A stretch of DNA of 64,000 nucleotides from IMG/VR virus record IMGVR_UViG_3300025668_000786, positions 6,751 to 70,750 of that record; one strand, written 5' to 3'. Made by a program: the position numbers and the translations under genes. Under the pieces are notes generated by a model. It saw nothing but the letters and a program-made list of their open reading frames with translations, was not told where the DNA came from and made no database searches. Each line of letters starts with the position of its first letter. Position 1 is the stretch's first letter. Shown piece after piece: positions 18,881 through 28,200 of the stretch. Source of the DNA: a virus.

Positions 18881-19687
18881 ATGAACGTAATACAGCAAAA
18901 TATACTTTCTAAGTTTCATGATGGTGAATGCTGTCACTTCACAAAGTACGAATACTTGGAAGAAACTATTGACAAAATATCAAAAGGTGATAAACCTTGC
19001 GTACTCATTAGTGGAAATTCGGACTTTACACACACCCAAAGGATGGTAGACTATGTAGCATCTAGTGTACCCCTTGTGAAAAAGTGGTTCGCTCAAAATT
19101 TAGATGCTGAACATGAAATCGCAGAAGCCATACCGCTAGGCATAACAAACACAGTCGAATGCAAAAGGGGCGAAAAGCACGGTGTGAAGAGGGTAGATAA
19201 AAAACACGTCGATAAATTAAAGTATATGAAAGGCACCAATGGAACGCCAATCGAAAACGTTTATGCAAACTTCAATGTCAATACAAGCCCCGGTAGAAGG
19301 ATACCTGTAGCTAAGATATGTCAAAACAGCAGTCATATAAATTCCCAAATTGGCCCCACTCTGACTCTAGATGAGTATTTCGATAACTGTAGGCGGCACA
19401 AGATGACGGTCTGTCCAGAGGGAAACGGTTTTGACACCCATAGATTCTGGGAAACTCTTTATGTCAATAGAGTGCCCATCACATTAAGGATCAAAGCGAT
19501 GAATCATTTCAAATCCTTACCAGTAGTTTGGCTAGATGAATGGGAACAATTAGAAGATTTAGATTTTCTCACAGGTGAATACGACAAGGTTAAAGATAAC
19601 AACAAAGACATGGCATATTTAAATTATTGGGAAGAAAAGATTGAAGGCTTAATAACGAAGATCAAACAGGAAGAAGTTTATGAATAA
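18881..19687 (+). CDS. Exostosin/GT47-like protein
   Basis: IPLG, VCPEGNGFDTHRFWETLY..RVPI. Confidence 0.65.
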   Translation: MNVIQQNILSKFHDGECCHFTKYEYLEETIDKISKGDKPCVLISGNSDFTHTQRMVDYVASSVPLVKKWFAQNLDAEHEIAEAIPLGITNTVECKRGEKHGVKRVDKKHVDKLKYMKGTNGTPIENVYANFNVNTSPGRRIPVAKICQNSSHINSQIGPTLTLDEYFDNCRRHKMTVCPEGNGFDTHRFWETLYVNRVPITLRIKAMNHFKSLPVVWLDEWEQLEDLDFLTGEYDKVKDNNKDMAYLNYWEEKIEGLITKIKQEEVYE

Positions 19688-20624
19688 CAAAAAGGACAAC
19701 CCTATGAAAGTTCTATTAACGGGGGCGACTGGTTTCCTAGGACAAAATTTAGAGCCGGTTTTGTCGAAAGATTATGAGGTGGTTGGGTATGGGTCCGAAC
19801 CGTGGGATTTGAGAAAACAGTCTTTGGTTGAGTATATCGTTCAAAAAAATAGGCCAGATGTTATTGTTCACGCTGCTGGTTCAGTTGGTGGCATTGGGGC
19901 GAATAAAGAAAATCCTGGTAAGTTTATGTATGAAAATCTTATCATGGGAACTAATTTAATCCATCAGGCGATGAAGTACGGGGTTCCAAAGTTTGTTTTA
20001 TTGGGAACGGTTTGTGCATATCCAAAACACACACCCGTTCCTTTTAAAGAAGAAGAGTTATGGAATGGATACCCAGAAGAAACAAATGCCCCTTATGGTA
20101 TCGCCAAAAAAACCCTCATGAGACTCGTAGAGGCTTATCACGAACAGTATGACTTTAATGGTATTAATCTAGTTCCCGTTAATATGTACGGACCTCACGA
20201 CCATTTCAATCTGACTTCTAGTCATGTAATCCCAGCCCTGATACTAAAGTTCGACGAGGCAATCAAATCTGGGAAAGATGTTACCCTGTGGGGTACGGGT
20301 GAAGCGTCTCGTGAATTTTTATACGCTCCAGACTGTGCCGAGGCAATTAAGTTAGCAATACAAAAAGACGTTGGGCCAGAACCGATAAACATTGGGACGG
20401 GTAAAGAAATTAAGATTATCGATCTTGCTGAGACAATAGCCGACCTTATGAGTTTTAATGGAACTATTTTCTTTGATAGCTCTAAACCTGACGGACAGCC
20501 TCGCCGCTGCTTAGACACGACTAGAGCCAAAGAAAGATTAGGGTTCGAGGCTACGACAGACTTAGAAACCGGGCTTAAGAGTACTATAGAATGGTTTTGG
20601 AAGCAAGTTATAAGGGGCGTATAA
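19680..20624 (+). CDS. fcl: GDP-L-fucose synthase
   Basis: TGATGFLG, VGGIGAN, GTVCAYPK, ETNAPYGIAKK, NMYGP.D.F, SHVIPALI, WGTG..SREFLY, KPDGQPRR. Confidence 0.93.
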   Translation: MNNKKDNPMKVLLTGATGFLGQNLEPVLSKDYEVVGYGSEPWDLRKQSLVEYIVQKNRPDVIVHAAGSVGGIGANKENPGKFMYENLIMGTNLIHQAMKYGVPKFVLLGTVCAYPKHTPVPFKEEELWNGYPEETNAPYGIAKKTLMRLVEAYHEQYDFNGINLVPVNMYGPHDHFNLTSSHVIPALILKFDEAIKSGKDVTLWGTGEASREFLYAPDCAEAIKLAIQKDVGPEPINIGTGKEIKIIDLAETIADLMSFNGTIFFDSSKPDGQPRRCLDTTRAKERLGFEATTDLETGLKSTIEWFWKQVIRGV

Positions 20625-20625
20625 T

Positions 20626-21051
20626 ATGAAATATGGATTTGTAGCAAGCTGTTTTGACATCCTACATCCAGGATACATACGTATGTTGATAGACGCAAAA
20701 GATCAATGCGACTATTTGATAGTTGGATTACAGGACGACCCATCCGTCGAGAGGCCAGGAATAAAAAACGCGCCTATTTTTCCTTTCCAAGATAGGTTTA
20801 TGATAATGTCTTCGATAGTATATGTAGATGAAATAAGACGCTACAATTCCGAAAATGAACTTTATCAATTGTTACAGGGGCTAATTTCTGAAAAAAAGAT
20901 AGATGTCAGGATACTCGGAACAGACTATGTTGGAAAAAGATTTACGGGGGACGATTTAAACATACCGTTACACTTTCACGAAAGAGACCACTCTTGGTCA
21001 AGCAGTGAAACAAGAAAAATAATCATAGACAGAGCAAAGGAGAACGTATGA
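20626..21051 (+). CDS. Cytidylyltransferase (TagD/glycerol-3-phosphate-like)
   Basis: FDILHPGYI, LIVGLQ.DPS, YVDEI, LG.DY, H..SSS. Confidence 0.8.
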   Translation: MKYGFVASCFDILHPGYIRMLIDAKDQCDYLIVGLQDDPSVERPGIKNAPIFPFQDRFMIMSSIVYVDEIRRYNSENELYQLLQGLISEKKIDVRILGTDYVGKRFTGDDLNIPLHFHERDHSWSSSETRKIIIDRAKENV

Positions 21052-21479
21052 ATATTGGATTTTACATAGACAGCCTAAAGGGCGAACCAGAGACAATCGC
21101 CCTCTATAAGGGGCTAAATAAACTAGCAGATAGCGGCGAAGCGGATGACATAAGTCTGTTTTACAATCAGGTAGAATTTAACCCAGAACAGCCAAAGTTT
21201 GGACTGTTCAACGCTGCCGAAGCCTGGTGCTTTACAGGTACATTAATTGCCAACAGCCTTAGAAACGCAAAGATGGCAGCGAATATGATAAACAAGTTCA
21301 AGCTATTCTATCTTTACAACAAAGGAGATAAGAATGTCTTTGATTTGATATCCTTGCCACACCACGTCCCGGTTCTGGCAAACACAAAAGAAGAAGCCGA
21401 ATATATTTATCGAGTATCAGGCAAACCAGTCCACTCAGTCGTTAATAATATAGAAGAAATCATAGAGGCCGTCAAATGA
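21048..21479 (+). CDS. Hypothetical protein
   Basis: ATGA-coupled ORF with GGAG SD; MNIGFYIDSL resembles a GT-B N-terminal strand. Confidence 0.6.
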   Translation: MNIGFYIDSLKGEPETIALYKGLNKLADSGEADDISLFYNQVEFNPEQPKFGLFNAAEAWCFTGTLIANSLRNAKMAANMINKFKLFYLYNKGDKNVFDLISLPHHVPVLANTKEEAEYIYRVSGKPVHSVVNNIEEIIEAVK

Positions 21480-22249
21480 ACGATTTAGAACAAACAGTAA
21501 TATCTATGTACGACGATCAGGATCTCAGTACGTATCAGATAGCAAAAGAACTAAAAACCTATCCCAACAAGATACGGCGAATCCTTATAAAGCACGGCAA
21601 GGAACTAAAGTCTAAGAGTGAGGCCCAGAAGGTTGCCCTCAAGACCGGCAGATCTAAACATCCCACAGAGGGTAGAGAGCGATCCCACGTAGAAAAGCTC
21701 AACATCAGCAAGTCCATGTCAAGCTACTGGGACGAGATGGACGAATCTGACAGAGAAGCAAGGGTTGAAGACTCTAAGGAACGCTGGGCAAAGATGGACC
21801 CAAACAAGAGAAAAGAAATGCAGGCTTTAGCCATCGAGGGTATTCGTCGCGCATCTACAGAAGGGTCAAAAATCGAAAACTTTGTAGTCAAAACCGTATC
21901 AGGAGGCGGCTACAGGGTACAGTTCCATAAAAAGGATCTAATTCCGAACCAAAATCTCGAAATAGATCTGTATATTCCCTCTCTAAAGACTATAATAGAG
22001 GTAGACGGTCCCTCTCACTTCCTGCCCGTTTGGGGGGAAGACCGCTTGAAAAAACAGATGAAGGCTGACCTAGACAAGAATGGTCTAATCCTAGCTAAAG
22101 GGTTTGTCATGATTAGGATAAAAGCCCTAAAAACACGACTTTCCCTTGTAGACGAGGAGGATTTAAAGGATCTTGTATTGAAACATTTGAATCGTATTGA
22201 AAGTAAATTTCCAAAAGAATCAGAAAGGTACATTGAGGTAGAATTATGA
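21476..22249 (+). CDS. HTH plus Vsr/DUF559-like endonuclease (putative free-standing homing endonuclease)
   Basis: N-terminal HTH (LSTYQIAKEL...IRRIL), central basic repeats, C-terminal EIDLYIP...IIEVDGPSHF...D..KN. Confidence 0.7.
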   Translation: MNDLEQTVISMYDDQDLSTYQIAKELKTYPNKIRRILIKHGKELKSKSEAQKVALKTGRSKHPTEGRERSHVEKLNISKSMSSYWDEMDESDREARVEDSKERWAKMDPNKRKEMQALAIEGIRRASTEGSKIENFVVKTVSGGGYRVQFHKKDLIPNQNLEIDLYIPSLKTIIEVDGPSHFLPVWGEDRLKKQMKADLDKNGLILAKGFVMIRIKALKTRLSLVDEEDLKDLVLKHLNRIESKFPKESERYIEVEL

Positions 22250-23013
22250 ATGATTTGTTTAGTGATGTTGAGCTTGAAGAAGAGGTTTCCCTTCAGTCTC
22301 CAGTGGATGGAAACTATGGCACTAAAGATGTTGTCGTGGGCGCCACACCAGAGATTACGGACCCAGAATGGAATGATTATGTAATATCCTTGTTTCAGGA
22401 TAATGAACTTATGGACGGTATGCCTCTGGCCGCAGGTTTACGGCGAGTGGCAGAACTTGTGCTTGGACCAATTGTATTCAGCGGTCCTGTACAAGTGTTC
22501 CCTCCAGCTAACGACAACGCACACGGCAGAGCCACCGTAGTGTTCAAAGTGGAGTTCAAAAGCGGTATGTGTTACTCTGAGGTGGCAGACTGCTGGGAGG
22601 GCAATACAGACGATGCCTTCTGTGCCTATGCGGTTGCTACAGCTAGTACAAGGGCAGAGGCTCGCGCTCTAAGAAAAGCCCTTAGACTGCGTGCTGTGGC
22701 CGCTGAGGAGATCACCAAAAAGAACACGGCTCAGATAGTTAGAGACATCAGTAAGTCCCAGGGTGCAGACAAAACAGGAGGTGAGTATGAAGATTCAGCA
22801 AGAATGAGTGATGCACAAGCTAACTTTATCAGTGTGAAGTGCAGGCAGTTAAATGTCAACGCAAAAACCCTCATTGGGGAGGTTTTAAAGGTCAAAGGGA
22901 AGGTAACAAAGAAGAAGGCGAGTGAAGCAATCGAGGTGCTAAACAAGTACCAGAGAGAGCCGGTTAATATTCCAAGTTCAGTTCTAGGTTATGTAGAGGA
23001 GTGGCAGTCTTGA
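22246..23013 (+). CDS. Putative single-strand annealing/recombination protein (Rad52/Sak-like fold?)
   Basis: AGLRRVA, ATVVFKV, ATASTRAEARALRKAL helix motif; short C-terminal helical domain. Confidence 0.5.
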   Translation: MNDLFSDVELEEEVSLQSPVDGNYGTKDVVVGATPEITDPEWNDYVISLFQDNELMDGMPLAAGLRRVAELVLGPIVFSGPVQVFPPANDNAHGRATVVFKVEFKSGMCYSEVADCWEGNTDDAFCAYAVATASTRAEARALRKALRLRAVAAEEITKKNTAQIVRDISKSQGADKTGGEYEDSARMSDAQANFISVKCRQLNVNAKTLIGEVLKVKGKVTKKKASEAIEVLNKYQREPVNIPSSVLGYVEEWQS

Positions 23014-23345
23014 AAATCACATATACGACTAAAAATGGCAGAATTTCCGCAGAAATAGAGGGAGAATCGCAAAGAGACCTGTTCGAGAACGTGAACAAGT
23101 TCCAAGACGTTTTCGAAGAACTCAACTGCGGCAAGTGTGGCTCTGACGATGTTAGATTTGTCGTCAGAAACGTGGATGACAACCTTTACTACGAATTAAG
23201 ATGTAAGGGTTGTGGTGGTCGCCTTAACTTTGGAGCGAATAAGTCAGGAGGTGGTTTATTTCCCAAGCGAAAGGATGGAGAGGGTAACTGGCTACCCGAT
23301 AACGGTTGGGTAAAATGGAACCCTAAGACAGAGAAGAATGAATAG
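23001..23345 (+). CDS. Hypothetical zinc-ribbon protein
   Basis: CGKC...CKGC; last gene before terminator. Confidence 0.7.
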   Translation: MAVLKITYTTKNGRISAEIEGESQRDLFENVNKFQDVFEELNCGKCGSDDVRFVVRNVDDNLYYELRCKGCGGRLNFGANKSGGGLFPKRKDGEGNWLPDNGWVKWNPKTEKNE

Positions 23346-23405
23346 GTATTGAGATTCAAATTGTCATCTAAGCTAGACTTAGATTCACGTCATCATCTCA
23401 GACCT
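23344..23405. repeat. Symmetric double-loop hairpin element, copy 3
   Basis: AGGT-AT-TGAGAT-TCAAATTGTC-ATCTAAG-ctaga-CTTAGAT-TCACGTCATC-ATCTCA-G-ACCT. Confidence 0.75.
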
Positions 23406-23406
23406 G

Positions 23407-23430
23407 GGGGGCAGAAATGCCCCCTTTTTT
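23407..23430 (+). terminator. Rho-independent terminator ending the + strand block
   Basis: GGGGGCA-GAAA-TGCCCCC followed by T6. Confidence 0.88.
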
Positions 23431-23872
23431 ATTTCTTCTTCTCTAACTCCAATTCCTTTATCTTTTTCAATAAATCTTCGTATTTATGGTCCTGGTCCTC
23501 TACTTTTTCCTCTATAACGGCCTCGTCTCCTGTTATAGAATCGACAACGGCGCTACCTCCTACGCTTCCTCCCATTACCATAGCTATACCGGCTAGCAAA
23601 GTCTTAGGGCTTAGCATTTTGAGCATCTTCTTAGCAGACTCTACGTCTTCTTGGAGGTCTTCCACGGACACGAGACGAGCCTTAAGCTCAGAAACTTTGC
23701 ACTTTAGCTCATCCAGCTCAATGCGTATTTTGACAACATCATCAGAGGACTCTTGATTTTTGTCGATTTTATCTTCAAGGCTTCGACAAAAAGTTTCTAA
23801 TTTTGCAATTCCAATAGCAAGCGAAGTGGGATCATTTGGATCACCGCTCCATCCTAATGTGGACCCGCTCAT
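23429..23872 (-). CDS. Hypothetical coiled-coil protein with one hydrophobic segment
   Basis: Strong AGGAGG SD; heptad region followed by LLAGIAMVMGGSVGG. Confidence 0.7.
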   Translation of the reverse strand: MSGSTLGWSGDPNDPTSLAIGIAKLETFCRSLEDKIDKNQESSDDVVKIRIELDELKCKVSELKARLVSVEDLQEDVESAKKMLKMLSPKTLLAGIAMVMGGSVGGSAVVDSITGDEAVIEEKVEDQDHKYEDLLKKIKELELEKKK

Positions 23873-23908
23873 AGGACACCTCCTTTAAAAGTGATAAATG
23901 TCCTATCG

Positions 23909-23937
23909 AAAAGGGGTGGACGATTCCACCCCCTTTT
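23909..23937. terminator. Bidirectional intrinsic terminator
   Basis: AAAAGGGGTGGA-CGAT-TCCACCCCCTTTT. Confidence 0.8.
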
Positions 23938-23970
23938 GATTTGATCCAAAGGTCTAAGCTAATTGTACTT

Positions 23971-24426
23971 TTAAGCAGGGTCATAAAGAACAGAAACGGT
24001 AAGCGTACCCGTAGTACCAGGAGTCTGGCCAGCATCAGGCACTAATAAGAGCATATCGGTAGCGTCCACCATCGGGTTTGCAGTACCAGGAGGGAAACTA
24101 GTGCCACCGTTATAAGACCAAACATACGGCTCTCCATCGACCAAAGCTTTCATTGTGGAAGCACCGTCTACTCCACCCTTAAGAGTACCATTATAACCGT
24201 CAAGTCTTAAATAAACAGATTTTGCCTTTGCCTTGTCAGTAAATTCAAAGTACTCCAAGGTAAGAGGAGTCTCTGTAGGGGTGCCTAAGACATACTCTTC
24301 AGATACGTTCATTTCTGCGGAATCTGTCTCAGTTTTGCTGATTGTTTTGACTTTCTTTTCTCCACCAGAGTTGTAAGTATATCTAAGTTCATTAGTATGT
24401 GATAATGACATTATTTGCATCTCCAT
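23971..24426 (-). CDS. Hypothetical (probably virion) protein
   Basis: Beta-rich G/T/P composition, in structural block. Confidence 0.65.
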   Translation of the reverse strand: MEMQIMSLSHTNELRYTYNSGGEKKVKTISKTETDSAEMNVSEEYVLGTPTETPLTLEYFEFTDKAKAKSVYLRLDGYNGTLKGGVDGASTMKALVDGEPYVWSYNGGTSFPPGTANPMVDATDMLLLVPDAGQTPGTTGTLTVSVLYDPA

Positions 24427-24466
24427 TAAAAGTGTAAAAGGTTGAACTAACTACTATAGAGTGGTA

Positions 24467-25171
24467 TTACAGGTATTCGCAGGTAAAATAAAGTCCATAG
24501 TCTGTTTTGCTCCCAATGCTATCTGGCTCTGCTGACATGGCTACATACCAGTCGTGCCGTTGTGTCACATGGGCCGCACCATCCGTAGTCAAAACCCCCG
24601 TTTTGCCCTGATCGGACTGTACGGCGTTTGTACCACTTGTACCTGGAGAGTTTGTAAAGGTCGTATTGAACATCGTATCGCCAGGGTCATACTCTTTCCA
24701 GCCGTGACTATCAACTTCTCCACGATTTACCAATACGTTAGTGTCAGTTTCAGCGCCATCGGGGTGTCTAACTTCGTAAACATAGGTTGTGACACCGCTG
24801 GCCTGTTTGTTTATGTCGTTTCTGTCGAAAATTCTTAGTTTACAGTTTTGAACTCTTACCTCATCCTCGTGAGTAAACCTAATATTAAGAGGGGCGTAGT
24901 AGTTTGGAATCTTCTCATTATCAATTTCTGTATTTCCATTATGAGAAACTCCGCTGACTGAAGCCCATTTTGTATTTTGTAGCTTAATACCCTGGACCGT
25001 TCCGTTTGAGTTGGTCAAAAATGTGCTATCTTGCCTCTGTCCCACAGGAACAGAAATGCCAAACCCAGCACCGTAAAATCCTATTCCAGACCCTAAATCG
25101 TGTCGTATGAGGGTAGGATTATCGCCAGTTGCAGCGATTTCTAGGTTTGCATAAAATTTTATATCAGCCAT
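24467..25171 (-). CDS. Hypothetical virion structural protein
   Basis: MADIKF start with AGGAG SD; preceded by GTGTATAAT motif. Confidence 0.7.
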   Translation of the reverse strand: MADIKFYANLEIAATGDNPTLIRHDLGSGIGFYGAGFGISVPVGQRQDSTFLTNSNGTVQGIKLQNTKWASVSGVSHNGNTEIDNEKIPNYYAPLNIRFTHEDEVRVQNCKLRIFDRNDINKQASGVTTYVYEVRHPDGAETDTNVLVNRGEVDSHGWKEYDPGDTMFNTTFTNSPGTSGTNAVQSDQGKTGVLTTDGAAHVTQRHDWYVAMSAEPDSIGSKTDYGLYFTCEYL

Positions 25172-25200
25172 TTTTATCTCCTATTTAAAGAGTTCTACTT

Positions 25201-25210
25201 TATTATACAC
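25201..25210 (-). promoter_or_regulatory. Putative late promoter motif GTGTATAATA
   Basis: Same core recurs upstream of other structural genes (60063-60071, 62452-62458, 36802-36811). Confidence 0.55.
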
Positions 25211-25214
25211 AAAA

Positions 25215-28200
25215 TCATTCTGGAAGAGGGTTAACTGTAAGCCACTGTTGGTACGATGGCCCGTGTCCCCCATAATCGCCGTGATATTGAAAGGTGTGTG
25301 AAATATCGTTATGAAACCACATCATAACATCGTATTTATCATCAGGCGACTTATCCTCTGCGTCCCAAGCGACAGACTGTCTAAGTCCACCTAGAGTCAC
25401 GTAACTTGAATTTTTTGTCGATGGTGAAATTAGATTACTTCCACACTCAGCCGGTTTGGCGTGTGTAACCTCCCTTTGGACCACTTCTCCGTAGACTACC
25501 CATCCCTGCAACCCCTTTCCTAAACCTTTGAGTTTTAGAGGTTTTAACTTGACGGGTGAGGTGCTATTTACGTTGAATGTTCTAGCAACGGGGTTTGACG
25601 TATCGGTCACGTTGTACTGTTTCATAAAATCTATAGGGGCAAATCCGTGCCCGCCGTTGATTACCTTAAACTGTGTAACCGCTCCTAACAACGTTGTGGA
25701 AACCTCTAATATAACATCTTTGCCGCTACCACCAGAGGTGGTAAATCTATCGCCCACCTGATACCCAGTCTGGGCAGCGGTTGACACAAGGATTCGAGCA
25801 CTGGGTATATTGGAACCCAAGATCGCACCAACTCGTTTCACGACGGTAATTAATTGATCATCTTCAGCAACACCAATCGTATTTCTATAATGTTTAAATG
25901 GAAGTAATTTCAGCCTGCACTTTGGGTTAACCCGCCATTGAGCTATGTCCCTAAAGGGTCCATCACGTAACACCTTAGTACCCACAGGCACTAACGAGTT
26001 ATCTGCTGTCGTCCCTACGTAGTCTCTATTAGAATAGGTTGGTTCTTTATAATCTACCTCATACTGCCTGGAATTTGCAGGGGTGTAAGAAACATTATCC
26101 ACGGGATAAATAATGTTTCCCTCTCCTACATAACCGTCGGTTTTATCAGTGTTGGGTAACTCTAGATCATTGTCTATGCTCCAAATTGATCCTTGTCGAT
26201 ACAAGTATTCTGCTATATATGAAGGTCCATAAACATCAGAAGTAAACCCCGCTACCACAGCAGCGTTGCGAAGATTATCTGGTATATTTACGGCATCAAG
26301 CACCTTATTGCCGAGATAAAGAGTTTTAGTAACATATTTATCAACCCCCTTAGCATTTAGTCCAGCGTTAAAGTGGTGGGCTACAAAGAATCTTGAGTCA
26401 AACACTGTTAAGTTACGGGGCCATGCCTGCCATACTTTCGCGTGGCAATTAGTCGTGTTGAAACTCCAAGGGTTGTCACCACCTCCCCAATAGAATGAAT
26501 CACCTGCATCGAATGTTGGGCCGGTACTTACATTTATATTAACGCTACCACCAAGTATGAGGCTAAAATTATTAAAAGCCCCGCCAAAAGTATTCTTTTG
26601 AGAAGGTACTCCTATGCTACAGTCCACCTCAAAAGAAACAGAATCCTTACCTACTGATTTTATTGTAAAAACAGCAGAACTGATACCAATGGCGTTTGGG
26701 TTGCCTACTCTAGAAGAGTTAGTATCACCCCAAATGCTTTTGTTAAAATTGCCCGCTGCGTAATACGTGTGGGGATCATCTGCCCATTTTATATGAGTAC
26801 CAACTGGAAATCCATAAGCATATGGAGAGTAGGGAGGGTTAGTTCCAACAAGAGTAGATGAGTAATCGACTGGACTGTTATGTTCCTTGAATTCATCAGA
26901 CGCTCTATTGTAAAGATTAGCTCCTAAAACTGGAGTACGTGAAGCTTGAGTTGACCGGCTTCTTTCGGACATGTGAAACATGTTTTTGAGGTACTCAACA
27001 CCATTAGCTCTATTATCTACGAGAACACTTTCGTAAGTGCCACATCCAAAAGTAAGATATGTTTCAGCCATAAGGGGCCTGAATTGTACCTTATTTCCGG
27101 CATTTGGTCTTAAATCCCACGACTCGTTTGCAACGTCTATACCCCCCTCTTGGGTAACCCTTGCGAGCCAAGAGTATCTTAATGGTTGATCTTTGTATAG
27201 AGGTTTGGGCACTGACCCAACTTGGAAGGTTTTAAAATACTCATCCGTATTAGTACTGCTAAGAGTCATATACTTATTTAGATACTCAATGTTAGTAATA
27301 GGTCTACCGTTGTCACCGTTTGGGCTTGAATGTACAGCAATGTCTGCGGGTATCATTCCTCCGTTGGTTTTTATTATGGTTTCCCCTTTAAGAAAACCCA
27401 AAGGATTCGTTTTGTAGATATGGCTACAGGAAGCCTCTTGAAAGGGGCTACCTCCGTCAGGTGAAATGGGTGCTCCCCATAGGGATTTTACGTTGCCAAC
27501 CATAGGACTTCCATTTGTATCAAATTCTATAGCATGAAACTTGTTCGAACCAGCAGGACGACCTAAAAAGTAATTAACCGTGTCATCATCAGCTCCATTA
27601 ATTGGGTCAAGCTTGTAACCGTTTGGAATTAAAGATCCGAAAAACGGAGCGGCGTCAAAACCCTGTATTCTTGACGGTTCGTAGTCTTCGCCGTCTCCAC
27701 CTTTAGCGATCTCTCTTTCTTCCCACGTATCTCCATCTGGAGTCAACTCAGCCACGGTAGTTCCTATCGAAGTTTCGCCTCTTGTGCCCCCCATACTCTT
27801 ATGTAAAAAATCCCAAGATGTCATCTGAACATAGCCTTTACCATTAACATTAAAATTAATGGCTCGTGGGTTGTTCGATGTCGTGCCATCAAATATTAAA
27901 TTTCTAGCATAATCATCCTTTTCAGGAGCACTCGCAGCAGTAGCAGCGTTCCAAAGGTCCGTATAATACTTCTGCCTAAACTCCGTTTCGTACTCCTGTG
28001 GAGTAAATGTTTCATATTTATTATTATTAAGAGGCTCGCTTCCGTCAGGTTTAAATTTCCTGAAAAACCCATTTCCGTTTGCTATCAGGGTTGTAAAATC
28101 CCACCTCCCCTCAAAAGTTTGGCTAACTGGAATTGTTGGGTCTGCTCCAAAATCTATAACGGCCCAGATAACACCGTTTGGTGGACTTCCTCCCATTTGG

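Noticed and set aside
6493-21479. Bacterial chromosomal O-antigen/capsule locus
   Set aside because: No wzx/wzy/wzm/wzt or initiating transferase; embedded between phage-type replication genes and a virion module
2110-23405. The three hairpin elements as tRNAs, CRISPR repeats, attC sites or simple terminators
   Set aside because: No cloverleaf or TTCGA arm, not arrayed, no GTTRRRY/RYYYAAC boxes; large conserved internal loops are not terminator-like, and copy 3 has a separate terminator
23349-23756. 135-aa + strand ORF
   Set aside because: Antisense shadow of 23429-23872; runs through a strong terminator; S/F-rich composition
23429-23872. Holin or spanin call
   Set aside because: Only one weakly hydrophobic segment, no lipobox and no adjacent endolysin; left as hypothetical
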